DNA of 64,000 nucleotides from a virus. Made by a program: the position numbers and the translations under genes. The DNA lies in the IMG/VR virus record IMGVR_UViG_3300022745_000020, positions 64,001 to 128,000 of that record. One strand, given 5' to 3'. The number at the start of each line of letters is the position of its first letter. Positions within the stretch are counted from its first letter, which is position 1. The notes beneath the pieces were generated by a model that saw only the letters and a list, made by a program, of their open reading frames with translations, ran no database searches and had not been told where the DNA came from. This document shows positions 51,170 through 60,209 of this stretch, piece after piece.

Positions 51170-51883
51170 ATGTCTACTCACAGTGGTAACACCAGTTTCA
51201 TCGGGGTCTGCAGCCTGCTGGGCATTCACTGGGGGATGGGACAAGAGACCCTCAGTGCGAACGCCACCTACTATTCCCAACCGACCAACGCGAGACTGGT
51301 GCGGGCAGTGCATACCGTATTAATGACGTGCATCAATAACGAACGCGCTTCGCTCTCTCACCAATTCAGTTGTGCCCTGACCCAATCGGGCGCTAGTCTC
51401 ATGATGCTGATTTGGGTGTGCAATACTGACAGCCTGGATAAGATCCTGGAGCGTGCGCTGGTGAACGGAACTGACATTCCCTGGACCGTCACCTTCATGA
51501 ACGCGGTCAATGAAACCCTCATCGGTCGGGAGTTCAAGCTGAAGTCTCGACCCGTCTGTCCTACTCCCCCCAGTGTGCAAGCTGTGGATCCGAAATTGAC
51601 GATCCTTGAGGGAGACTACTCGCCCAGTCTTGTTGCTGAGGAGCTGGTGCGTGCCATCAAGCTCGCGCAATGGTGTTCTAAGCCTATGGATGACCCCTAC
51701 ACGCGGGCGTTGATTGGTAAGCTGGTGCAGATGTATTTCTCTACCGACCACAACCATACAGTGCCAAGTGGTGAGTCCTATGTCCACACACCGTTGACCA
51801 AAGTCAGACAAGATTCAAAGATGGAGACTTCACATCCGCGATATAGTGAGGTTGAAAAGAAAGACTTCCTTGCTCACAAATAG
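51170..51883 (+). CDS. Hypothetical protein (only TAG-terminated gene called)
   Basis: 237 aa, RBS cagga. Confidence 0.5.
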   Translation: MSTHSGNTSFIGVCSLLGIHWGMGQETLSANATYYSQPTNARLVRAVHTVLMTCINNERASLSHQFSCALTQSGASLMMLIWVCNTDSLDKILERALVNGTDIPWTVTFMNAVNETLIGREFKLKSRPVCPTPPSVQAVDPKLTILEGDYSPSLVAEELVRAIKLAQWCSKPMDDPYTRALIGKLVQMYFSTDHNHTVPSGESYVHTPLTKVRQDSKMETSHPRYSEVEKKDFLAHK

Positions 51884-51990
51884 GGCCCGAATGGGAAAGA
51901 GAATATACCAACATCTGGGTCAAACAAGGAGATTGATCATGCACATGTCTCACGTCACCCGTTCTCATATACGTAACTTCCGGAGCGTAT

Positions 51991-52161
51991 ATGAGCAGGT
52001 CCAACAAGTCATACCTTCGCAGGAATCCTCCTAAGAGCCTGCGAAAGATTGCAAAGCGTCAAATTCGAGCAGTGGAGAAATCCCGTCTGCGCAGGATGGA
52101 AGAATACCAATCCATCTCCAACAAACTCTACAGCGACTTCATGGGGAGCTGGTGGTGGTGA
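51991..52161 (+). CDS. Small basic protein (56 aa, not in ORF track)
   Basis: RBS ggag; MSRSNKSYLRRNPPKSLRKIAKRQIRAVEKSRLRR...GSWWW. Confidence 0.5.
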   Translation: MSRSNKSYLRRNPPKSLRKIAKRQIRAVEKSRLRRMEEYQSISNKLYSDFMGSWWW

Positions 52162-52233
52162 GGTAATAGGTGAGTGCGGATATTGATATCCACACTCGTT
52201 GATCATTCACACGAAAGACAGGAGAAAAGAATC

Positions 52234-52455
52234 ATGACCAAGAAAATCGTCAAAGAAGATGGTGACTGTTATTTCAATGACGAAATCACCATTGCACGGT
52301 AGTGGATAACCAGGACTCCCGGCGGGAATAGATTTAATGGACGCTGGGTCGCCCGCAATCCTCAAGGGGATATCCTTGACTTCGACACGTATGTCAACGA
52401 CATCCTCGAGAGATTGGGCTTAGAGGTCGAGAGGGCTCCGACCCTCCCCACGTAA
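52234..52455 (+). pseudogene. 73-codon ORF interrupted by an in-frame TAG (pseudogene or readthrough)
   Basis: RBS caggag; MTKKIV...TIAR*WITRTPGGNRFNGRWVARNPQGDILDFDTYVNDILERLGL...; TAG at 52300-52302. Confidence 0.5.
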
Positions 52456-52488
52456 GCAACTTCACTTCAAAGTAAAGGAAACATAGTC

Positions 52489-52956
52489 ATGACCACGCAA
52501 CACATCACCCCCGAGCAGATCGAGCATGCCATCAAAATGTCCACTGTGGCCGATGGTATCGTTGATTTCAGTTATATCTTCGATGTGACTTATGGTGATG
52601 GAAATGAGATCCATTCATACTGGATTTGGTTGGAGTACATCGATCTGGATAAAAACTCAACGCGCATCCCCGGCGTGAACACTCGAGAAGCAATCTGTAA
52701 GCTTTTCGATGATGGATTCTACTACGTGGCAGCCAATTGCCGTAAACCGCCCTCCGAGCAAGGTGGAGAGATGATCGAACATATCAAATCCCATCCGTTG
52801 AGGACACAAAACCATTGCACTCAGTATATCATCCAACCCCAAGGTGCTGAGGGCACTCAGATCAATCTCATCTTCTCCAATCGCAATGCGAGTTCAGCAG
52901 TGGTGTGCACGAACGACGAGTATCCGGACTGGCTCACCAAGGTCGTTGCGATCTGA
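52489..52956 (+). CDS. Hypothetical protein
   Basis: 155 aa, RBS aagga. Confidence 0.55.
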   Translation: MTTQHITPEQIEHAIKMSTVADGIVDFSYIFDVTYGDGNEIHSYWIWLEYIDLDKNSTRIPGVNTREAICKLFDDGFYYVAANCRKPPSEQGGEMIEHIKSHPLRTQNHCTQYIIQPQGAEGTQINLIFSNRNASSAVVCTNDEYPDWLTKVVAI

Positions 52957-53003
52957 AGCGCAACTCATTGATCAAGAAACACTCCCTAAACGAAAGGTCA
53001 GTC

Positions 53004-53639
53004 ATGAGCACAAATGAAACTCTCCTCCAGAGCGATGGTAACATCAACTACAACGATCTCACAGATGCACTGGAGGAAGTGCATCAGTCTATGCGAGATC
53101 ATCACGCCCCAGATGACAAGCCGCAGCTGCAAGTCATCGACGTGCAAGCCACTGAAGTCCCTGAGCCGCCCGAGCGTGAGCTCACCGATGAGGAAAAAGA
53201 GCTTCAGGTCACTCAAGAAATCCTAAACATCTTCAACCCCCTGAAGGTGCTGCTCGAGCAAGTCGCTCACCTATCCAGTCTAGGCGAGGAAGGTAAGCTC
53301 TCCACTGAGCAAGCCATGCAGCTGGCTGAGCTGATCGGACACTACAATCAGTTCATCAACGAGGTGCAGTGGACTTCACCTAAGCCGATCCCTCCTTTTG
53401 ATTATGAATACTACCTCGTATCCAAGCGCTTGCTGTGGGTGAGTAAATCCACCCCGGAAAATACGCTGGTCATCGAGGTGATTCGAGTCTTCCTGATCAA
53501 AGGCATGTGTCTGATCTACGGACGACCTGCGGCCAGTGCCATCGAGTATTTCTCTAAGGCACCGCCTGCGCCTGCCCAACTCATCTTGGCGCCGCAGGAC
53601 TTGGCTGGACTGGATTATACATTGGAATCGATTGACTGA
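53004..53639 (+). CDS. Hypothetical acidic protein
   Basis: Start after gaaagg. Confidence 0.55.
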   Translation: MSTNETLLQSDGNINYNDLTDALEEVHQSMRDHHAPDDKPQLQVIDVQATEVPEPPERELTDEEKELQVTQEILNIFNPLKVLLEQVAHLSSLGEEGKLSTEQAMQLAELIGHYNQFINEVQWTSPKPIPPFDYEYYLVSKRLLWVSKSTPENTLVIEVIRVFLIKGMCLIYGRPAASAIEYFSKAPPAPAQLILAPQDLAGLDYTLESID

Positions 53640-53659
53640 TCTAGTCAAGGCATAACAGT

Positions 53660-53711
53660 CCCCTACACCACGGAGTAGTATCCGTGGTGTAGGGGGATCT
53701 GTTTCTTTTTT
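53660..53711. terminator. Terminator between convergent genes
   Basis: 15-bp stem cccctacaccacgga/tccgtggtgtagggg plus T run. Confidence 0.7.
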
Positions 53712-53720
53712 CTCTATTGT

Positions 53721-54488
53721 TTACCAACGAGCCCACTCAGGCTTATTGTCCTCAGTGAACTGCCACCCCAGAGCTTGGAAGAGCTCGATGCCTTGAGAGC
53801 GAATGCTCTCCGTAGCGATATTGCGCACAGCGGGCTTGAGCACACCCTTGAAGTGCGCGGGCTTCAATTGCATCGCTTGGATCTCTCGATCACTCTCCAG
53901 AGTGGGAGAGTAGTACTTCTTAGCGAATTCAATACCGCTGTGCTGCACCCAATCAAACGTGACCACATGCTTGATGGTGCGATTCCACACACCTGCGATA
54001 TTGACATCCTCAGTAGCACCACGCAGACTAAAGCACGTGTTCATGCGAGGATTCTTCAGTGCACTCTCGAGCGCTTGCTGGTAGGGGCCTTCTGGCTTGA
54101 CCTTGGCCATGATGGTTATCTGGGGACTGCCATCGGGCTTTTTAACGCCATCGAAGTCTAACCAGAGCTCAGCGAAGTGGTGAGAGATGCGAGTCTCCTC
54201 GATCATCATAAATCGCTCCGTATACGACTCCATCGACTGCCCAGGCAGAGGTTTGGGATGCCCGCATTCACCCGACAGAGTACTGGCCTTGACACGGCGC
54301 ATGAACAGGCTATTCGATTCGAACAGGTCCCGTGCTGCTTTATCAGCAGTGTAGTACTCACCCACGCTATTGACTGCATCGAGTGCACCGACGGGGTGAG
54401 TGTAGTAGCCGTCAGCATCGACGGGGAGTTCCCCCTTCTTATTGACGGGGAGGGTGGTGCAGGTAAACGAGATGGTGTTGTTGCTCAT
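53721..54488 (-). CDS. Prohead (head maturation) protease (phiKZ gp175/SPN3US gp245-like)
   Basis: GECGHP (His), FSLRG (Ser), VTFDWV; C-terminal TLES/ATES possible self-cleavage sites. Confidence 0.85.
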   Translation of the reverse strand: MSNNTISFTCTTLPVNKKGELPVDADGYYTHPVGALDAVNSVGEYYTADKAARDLFESNSLFMRRVKASTLSGECGHPKPLPGQSMESYTERFMMIEETRISHHFAELWLDFDGVKKPDGSPQITIMAKVKPEGPYQQALESALKNPRMNTCFSLRGATEDVNIAGVWNRTIKHVVTFDWVQHSGIEFAKKYYSPTLESDREIQAMQLKPAHFKGVLKPAVRNIATESIRSQGIELFQALGWQFTEDNKPEWARW

Positions 54489-54612
54489 GGGGACTGCCTC
54501 TTTATAAAAGGGGGTATGTGGCTCGATGGATGGTGAGGTAGGGGTAGTATACCCCCAGTCAAATTAAACGTCTCTATACCATGTCCATGCGCCTGTATAG
54601 GGCGTATTGCAG

Positions 54613-54642
54613 AAATATACAAGCATATATCATCACTACGAA
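54613..54642 (+). promoter_or_regulatory. Phage early-type promoter, copy 7
   Basis: aaata-taca-agca-tatatca-tcactac-gaa. Confidence 0.55.
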
Positions 54643-54700
54643 TTGGGATAGCGAAACCCAATACACCGCTGAATCTTCAACTTCCATTGCGAGGTCAATC

Positions 54701-54931
54701 ATGTTCTCATCTGTTTTCAATTGGTCACTGGATCACTTCTCGATCGCGATGATCGGTGTGATCACCTTCTTGTTCACGATGTACATCGGGAGTGTGCTGA
54801 TCCAAAAGTACCACTGCTGCGTCGGTGTCGATCAGCTGAACCTGGTGGACATCTACCGGAAGATCCTTCCGTTCATCGCGTTTTGCTCAGCCTGCGCTGG
54901 CATGCTGATCGCACACCAGTGGGGATTGTAA
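54701..54931 (+). CDS. Small two-TM membrane protein
   Basis: Two hydrophobic segments; RBS gagg. Confidence 0.5.
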   Translation: MFSSVFNWSLDHFSIAMIGVITFLFTMYIGSVLIQKYHCCVGVDQLNLVDIYRKILPFIAFCSACAGMLIAHQWGL

Positions 54932-54981
54932 GAAAATACCCACTGGTCGTATGTAGTAGATGGCTAAATCTACGAGACTCA

Positions 54982-55190
54982 AACCTCACACAAGGAGAGT
55001 GTATGAAACACGATTCGGGCTGATCGAAGAGCTACCTTGATGTCACAGTAAGTGGAAATACCCTCCTCCGGTCCGGGAAGGGATCTTATACCCACTACAA
55101 CTCCTAGATGACTGGAGTTTTTCGCTTACCAAAACCAGCTCTCGTATAGAAACAAACGGAACTGGCTGGACATCAAAGTGCATACACACG
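54982..55190 (+). other. Candidate structured leader RNA/ncRNA containing a 6-codon mini-ORF
   Basis: Nested long-range complementary segments (see findings). Confidence 0.35.
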
Positions 55191-55222
55191 TACATTTGAA
55201 TACCAACGAAAGGAAAATCCCA

Positions 55223-55696
55223 ATGAGCAAGACGAAAACCGCTGAAGGTCACGTGAGCGTGGCCGACATCTCCGCCAAGCTGCGCGACGAGGTCAAGGAA
55301 GTCGACGGCAAGCTGAACATCGACGGCGAACAGTACTACGTCCACGGCAACAACGAGGGGCTGAGTCGCCAGACACTCGACCACGTCGAGAACTACACCG
55401 GACGCTACGCGGCTGCAGCTACTCTGGCCATCGGCAGCGCCGCGCACGACCTGATCGTCAACGGCGCCAGTGAGAGTGGAGTGGTCGAAGGTGCTGCCGA
55501 GATCGGCCACAAGAGCCTGGAGGTGGTCTACAAGAAGGAACACTCCTTCACTCCCCCCGGTGGCGAAGCCCGTACCGTGCATGGTCACACCACTGTGCGA
55601 GTCGTGGACAAGCTCAAGGAAGTGCGTGCCGTTCGCAAGGAGCTGCAATCCGCAGCTGCTGCGGTGTGGGGAGCCCCCGAGGGCAACAACAGCTGA
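55223..55696 (+). CDS. Conserved jumbo-phage hypothetical protein, probably highly expressed
   Basis: 157 aa from ATG after aagga; strong C/G-ending codon bias. Confidence 0.65.
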   Translation: MSKTKTAEGHVSVADISAKLRDEVKEVDGKLNIDGEQYYVHGNNEGLSRQTLDHVENYTGRYAAAATLAIGSAAHDLIVNGASESGVVEGAAEIGHKSLEVVYKKEHSFTPPGGEARTVHGHTTVRVVDKLKEVRAVRKELQSAAAAVWGAPEGNNS

Positions 55697-55725
55697 TCGA
55701 AAGATCAGTCGACAAACAGAGCATA

Positions 55726-55785
55726 CACCACCACACTGAGGATCACTCCTCAGTGTGGTGGTGATCATCTATCTATTTTTTTTTT
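55726..55785. terminator. Terminator between convergent genes
   Basis: 17-bp stem caccaccacactgagga/tcctcagtgtggtggtg plus T10. Confidence 0.7.
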
Positions 55786-55792
55786 CAGAATA

Positions 55793-56662
55793 TCACGAAG
55801 CGATGACGGCTTGAGCCGCCAGAGACGCCGTCGAGCTGGCCAGGCCATTCATGTCAGGCTGGACCATATCGGCTTGGATACCCTTCAAGAAGGCACTGCG
55901 CATCATCGGGTTGGCGTTGAGCTGGGAGATGTTGTTCATCACGGTCTGAGCCAGCAGCTCCACACCACGACCAGTCTGAGTCACGCCGGTCCATTGGATC
56001 GAGATCTCCAGATGTTCCATCCCGTTGGTGAGGTCACGCTTGCCCAGGATATCATTGGTGCCCTTTGGATACATACCAGCGGTCAGCCAGGCTTTGGAGA
56101 CCTGGGTGTTGGTCGGATCGGGCTCCCAGCTCAGGATGGTCATGGAGTACATATCCAGCGTCATGGGGCCCACTGGTACACCGCTGACCGTGTTGATCAT
56201 CGGAGTCTTGGTCTCCGGATCCATGATCAGATAGGTGATCCAGTCGTGCAGCATGTTCTGGAAAGGACGACCATACAGATCGACCACTGTGCACTGCGGA
56301 TTGGTGCGCTCACGGGTGACGTTGGTGGGCGTCTCCAGGATCTCACCAGCCCCACCGACGGTGGACTCAGTGGTAGCCACAGTCAGGCCGCTGTTGAAGC
56401 CTTCCCAGGAGATGGCATGCAGCTCCACGAGGGACTTCAGTGCCGCCAGATAAAACTCACTGTTGGGCAGTTGCGAAAACCCCAGAGGGGCTTCCATGAC
56501 CATGTGGCGAGTGTGATTGCGCCGATACTTGGTCGAGCTGACCAGTTGCGACAGATCCACAGCGGTGCCATGCTGGCCACCGAAGCGTGGATCCAGGATG
56601 GGTTCTTGTCGACCATAGGCATAGGCCTTGTCGGTCATCAGAGCGTTGGGTAGACGAGCCAT
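55793..56662 (-). CDS. Tail tube protein (phiKZ gp30-like)
   Basis: 289 aa downstream of sheath; GGQ.G, EAP.GF, PTNVTRER..P, DLYGRP...L..WI...MDPETK.P. Confidence 0.8.
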   Translation of the reverse strand: MARLPNALMTDKAYAYGRQEPILDPRFGGQHGTAVDLSQLVSSTKYRRNHTRHMVMEAPLGFSQLPNSEFYLAALKSLVELHAISWEGFNSGLTVATTESTVGGAGEILETPTNVTRERTNPQCTVVDLYGRPFQNMLHDWITYLIMDPETKTPMINTVSGVPVGPMTLDMYSMTILSWEPDPTNTQVSKAWLTAGMYPKGTNDILGKRDLTNGMEHLEISIQWTGVTQTGRGVELLAQTVMNNISQLNANPMMRSAFLKGIQADMVQPDMNGLASSTASLAAQAVIAS

Positions 56663-56743
56663 ATAGACTCTCCTTTCGATGAGTAAAGTCGTGTGGTGAG
56701 GGTGTGGATGAGTGCTGTAACTCTACAGCACTCATCTCAGTGC

Positions 56744-58852
56744 TTAGGCAGCCAGATCGCTCATGCGACGACCGCGCACATCCAGGGTCATGACCGTCTT
56801 CATGTTGTTGGCATACAGGGTGATCGGAAGCGACCAGCTGTAGCCACGCTGTGCATCGGCGTTGGTGATCTGGCACTCCGGGATGATCTTGTAGAGATCA
56901 CAGAAGCGTCCGATCGTGCGTTCTTGCACGCGCTGATTCACCCGTTCGATGAACTGGGCATCGGTCAGACTGGTCTTGCCCGTGAATTCACGCCACACAC
57001 GCTGACCCACCTTCTGCAGCTCTACAGCACAAGCCATGGTCAGGAAGGAGGTGAAGATAGAGGTGTCATCATCACACACCGTGTGGATGGCCGGGAAGAA
57101 GGTGTTTTGCGTGTCGTACGCTTGCACCCAGTTCAGCCCCAGAGCCCAGTCGGTGTTGCGGATGTGAGCGGGCATGAACGTGCTGTTGATGTTCTTAAAC
57201 ATCGTCACACGGGTGTTGGGCCAGCTGTCCATCAGGGCAGTGGACTTCCACACACCGTTGCCAGCGCCCATCATCTTCGCAGCCATAGAGGCGACTTCGA
57301 TGGTCAGGGGCAACTTACCCTTGTAGGCAGAGCCAATGAGCTCACCGTAGCGACCGACGATTGCACCACGGCGGATGCTCGTGCCGAAGTAGTCACTCTC
57401 CGGATACATCTGCAGATAGCCCAGCAGCACAGCTGCAATCGAGCTCTCCTGAGAGCGAGTAAGCTCAGGTCCGCCGACCGTATAAGTCGACAGCACCACG
57501 GCCGTGTCCTTGCGCTCAGAGATGAATTGGCACAGAGCACGCTTGGTCGTCAGCGGGAAGCCCGTGTCGTAGAGGAACGACTCGGGATACATCGCATCGT
57601 CTTGATACTTGTGATTGGGGTCGGCGTAGGCGGCCACAGCAGCACTCACTGCAGTGGCAAAAGCCGTATCATTCATCGTACCGTCAGAGCCACCGGCTGC
57701 GTAGAGGTTGGTGCTCTCGCTGGGCCAGATAGAGCCAGCCGACGCGGTATCGATCTGGAAGGTGTGATAGGGCTCACCCGTGCTGTAAGTGCCGCTGAGC
57801 AGGTTGACCAAGTACTTGGTGGCGCCCGCTACCTTGAGCTCGGAGCTCACAGCCACAGCCGCACTCTCATCGGCAAAGACCGTTTGCAGGATCTGCTCGA
57901 TGTTGGCCGTGTACAGATGCATCTCCCCGAAGTCACCGAAGTTAATCGGAGCTGCGGCATTATCGATGTTACGATACGAATCCGGGAAGACCTTACCCAG
58001 GCTCACTTCGACGTTGGTGGTGGGGTCAATCGCGCCTGGCTTGAGCACGAATTCCACAAACTGATCGCCGCCTTGAGTCGATACAATCTTGGCCGTATCC
58101 TTGGAGGTGGCACGACGCGCCACAGCCAGACGGAACGGGTAAGCCCCCACCTTCTCCATGAGGGTGGAGTTGATTGCGTTGTTCGACAGGGCAGTGGGCG
58201 CCCACAGGCGCAGTGCAGCATCGTTGCCACGCTTACCGTAGCACGAAGCGCGGATCTCAGCGATCGGGTACTTGGTACCTTGCACGGGCGTGGCGTCCAG
58301 GCTCAGCAGAGTACCAGCACCAGAGCTCACTTGACCGAAATTGGCTTCATCGCTCAGGGCAGAGACGTTAGACAGGCTCCACTTGGCCAGATGACCTTGA
58401 GTCCATTGAGGAGCACCACCGGTGGTCGCTTGCACAGGCAAGCCGGTGATGGCGTCACGGGCATAGGTGCCATCGGAGTTGCGCTGATACACGGGCAGAC
58501 GGCTGGCCACGATGTCCAAGCTGAGCAGCAAGTTAGAGCGAGGCCCCACATCAGCAGGCAAGATGCGCTCGATCATCTGGGCACTGCCAGCTGCCGAGAG
58601 GGTGTTGCTCAGCACGGTCTGGTGATTCGCATACTCGCTGCGCAGATCAAACGTGTCCAGGCCAAAGATATTGGTGCGCATGGCGCCCGCGACGAGTTGA
58701 GCGTCGGTGGGGCCCCATGCAGCGTAGATGTAGACCTTGGCCAGGTGGGTAGGCAGACCCACTTCATCGACCACGGGCGTGCGAGTGCTCAGGTCTTGGA
58801 TACCGCGCGCGATGACCATCGGCGCGGCGTTGACGATACGAGTAGATGCCAT
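56744..58852 (-). CDS. Tail sheath protein (phiKZ gp29-like)
   Basis: 702 aa; NAAP....GIQD.S, FG..TFD.RS.YANHQT, YDTGFPL.TK, FFPA..TV.DDDTS, D..RGYSW. Confidence 0.85.
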   Translation of the reverse strand: MASTRIVNAAPMVIARGIQDLSTRTPVVDEVGLPTHLAKVYIYAAWGPTDAQLVAGAMRTNIFGLDTFDLRSEYANHQTVLSNTLSAAGSAQMIERILPADVGPRSNLLLSLDIVASRLPVYQRNSDGTYARDAITGLPVQATTGGAPQWTQGHLAKWSLSNVSALSDEANFGQVSSGAGTLLSLDATPVQGTKYPIAEIRASCYGKRGNDAALRLWAPTALSNNAINSTLMEKVGAYPFRLAVARRATSKDTAKIVSTQGGDQFVEFVLKPGAIDPTTNVEVSLGKVFPDSYRNIDNAAAPINFGDFGEMHLYTANIEQILQTVFADESAAVAVSSELKVAGATKYLVNLLSGTYSTGEPYHTFQIDTASAGSIWPSESTNLYAAGGSDGTMNDTAFATAVSAAVAAYADPNHKYQDDAMYPESFLYDTGFPLTTKRALCQFISERKDTAVVLSTYTVGGPELTRSQESSIAAVLLGYLQMYPESDYFGTSIRRGAIVGRYGELIGSAYKGKLPLTIEVASMAAKMMGAGNGVWKSTALMDSWPNTRVTMFKNINSTFMPAHIRNTDWALGLNWVQAYDTQNTFFPAIHTVCDDDTSIFTSFLTMACAVELQKVGQRVWREFTGKTSLTDAQFIERVNQRVQERTIGRFCDLYKIIPECQITNADAQRGYSWSLPITLYANNMKTVMTLDVRGRRMSDLAA

Positions 58853-59148
58853 GAAGGACTCCTTGTTTCGGGGACTGGAATGTGAGAAAAATAGTGTCTC
58901 AAACGAACTGATTGCTCAGAAAAAGCCTCTTAAAGATGAAGGGGATCATTATGATTACCGCCCGTATGAGCACATGCAGAACCCTATCAATCGATTGATG
59001 TATTTTATCACAGTGCCATATATAGATACCTCATTGATCTGACAGTCACAGGATCTCTATTTATATATGCACTACACCCGACGGATCTTATGATCACCCA
59101 CTCAACCGATCTGTGGCCAGAGTCCACTTACATGGAGCACACCTCAAA

Positions 59149-60117
59149 ATGATCTTCGATACCGCCTACGATACGTCCAGTGCACCTTACAACTTGAAAA
59201 CCATCCTCAGCACACTGCAGTTGGCTATGGCAAGTTATGAGCTCAAGCTGCAGAACAACGAATGCCATACCACGGGTAAAGTCACCAACCTGTGGCTGTT
59301 GATGGACACGGGTCTACACAGCAAGACCTGCCCTGTGTTCAACCACCCTGTGGTGATTTATACGCAGCGCGATGACAACTCTGCGATGGTGCTCGATGTC
59401 AGGCAATTTGGCTCTACCGATAAAGCCACTGGGGCATTTAAGTATCGCTCTGGCTCTGAGGTGAGCTGGGCACTGACTCGTGCATATCTTAATGGTATCT
59501 GGATCGAAGAAGGTCCTAAGCTACTGCAAGATCTGAGCACCATCCCTATGTCAGCTTATAGTGCGATGATCTCTCAGACCATCACTCGGCGCTATAATCT
59601 AGAGCCTGCCGATCAGGTCAATATCGCCATCTTGGCAGGCTACTTCTATCTGGGGCTGTACGAGGATGCACCTGTAGCCGATGAGACCGACTTGATGAAG
59701 ACGGCAGTGAAGATCGCTCGAGCCACTCACTTGCCCACTGCCAAGGTCTTCGATCGCATCAAAGACTTAGGTGCTATTGATTCCATTGAGGAGTTCTGCC
59801 ATCGACTCAAGGACTTTGTGGGCAACATCCGCTTGAAGGATTTCAACACAGCTATGCTGCTGCAGATCACTTGTGGGAATTGGTTTGGCCCCAATGGCAG
59901 AGAGAATATGGCCATCTCTTTAGAGCATCCTCCGACGTGGCTGGCTATTTGCTATCACTGCCTGAGTGATGCGACTTCGATGCGCTCTCCTCTGGCTAAA
60001 CTCGTGCAGCAGCAAGATCGCTCCGGTGAAGGCGAGCGCTTCATCAGAGCCATCGATGCACTGGTCAATCCTGAAGAGGTCAGCAAAGCCATCTCAGGTG
60101 AGCCCTACTCACGCTAA
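59149..60117 (+). CDS. Virion structural protein (phiKZ gp28-like)
   Basis: IF.TAY.T start, P.F.HP, D.R.FG, WFG.N.RE....LEHPPTW; divergent from sheath. Confidence 0.6.
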   Translation: MIFDTAYDTSSAPYNLKTILSTLQLAMASYELKLQNNECHTTGKVTNLWLLMDTGLHSKTCPVFNHPVVIYTQRDDNSAMVLDVRQFGSTDKATGAFKYRSGSEVSWALTRAYLNGIWIEEGPKLLQDLSTIPMSAYSAMISQTITRRYNLEPADQVNIAILAGYFYLGLYEDAPVADETDLMKTAVKIARATHLPTAKVFDRIKDLGAIDSIEEFCHRLKDFVGNIRLKDFNTAMLLQITCGNWFGPNGRENMAISLEHPPTWLAICYHCLSDATSMRSPLAKLVQQQDRSGEGERFIRAIDALVNPEEVSKAISGEPYSR

Positions 60118-60134
60118 CCAAGTCGCAGACATAA

Positions 60135-60171
60135 GAGTCAGACAGCGCTCTATATAGAGGCTGTCTGACTC
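60135..60171. terminator. Inverted repeat
   Basis: gagtcagacagc...gctgtctgactc. Confidence 0.55.
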
Positions 60172-60209
60172 GGGTCATTTTGCAACGCTTTCAAGAGGTA
60201 CGAGCTTAT

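Noticed and set aside
54930-55222. tRNA, hammerhead ribozyme or group I intron in the structured gap
   Set aside because: No cloverleaf or T-loop, no CUGAnGA/GAAA core in the right arrangement, no P7-like elements; kept only as an unclassified RNA candidate
55811-58885. Long antisense ORFs (280 aa and 730 aa) opposite tail tube and sheath
   Set aside because: Shadow frames caused by strong codon bias in the real genes; no RBS or recognisable motifs
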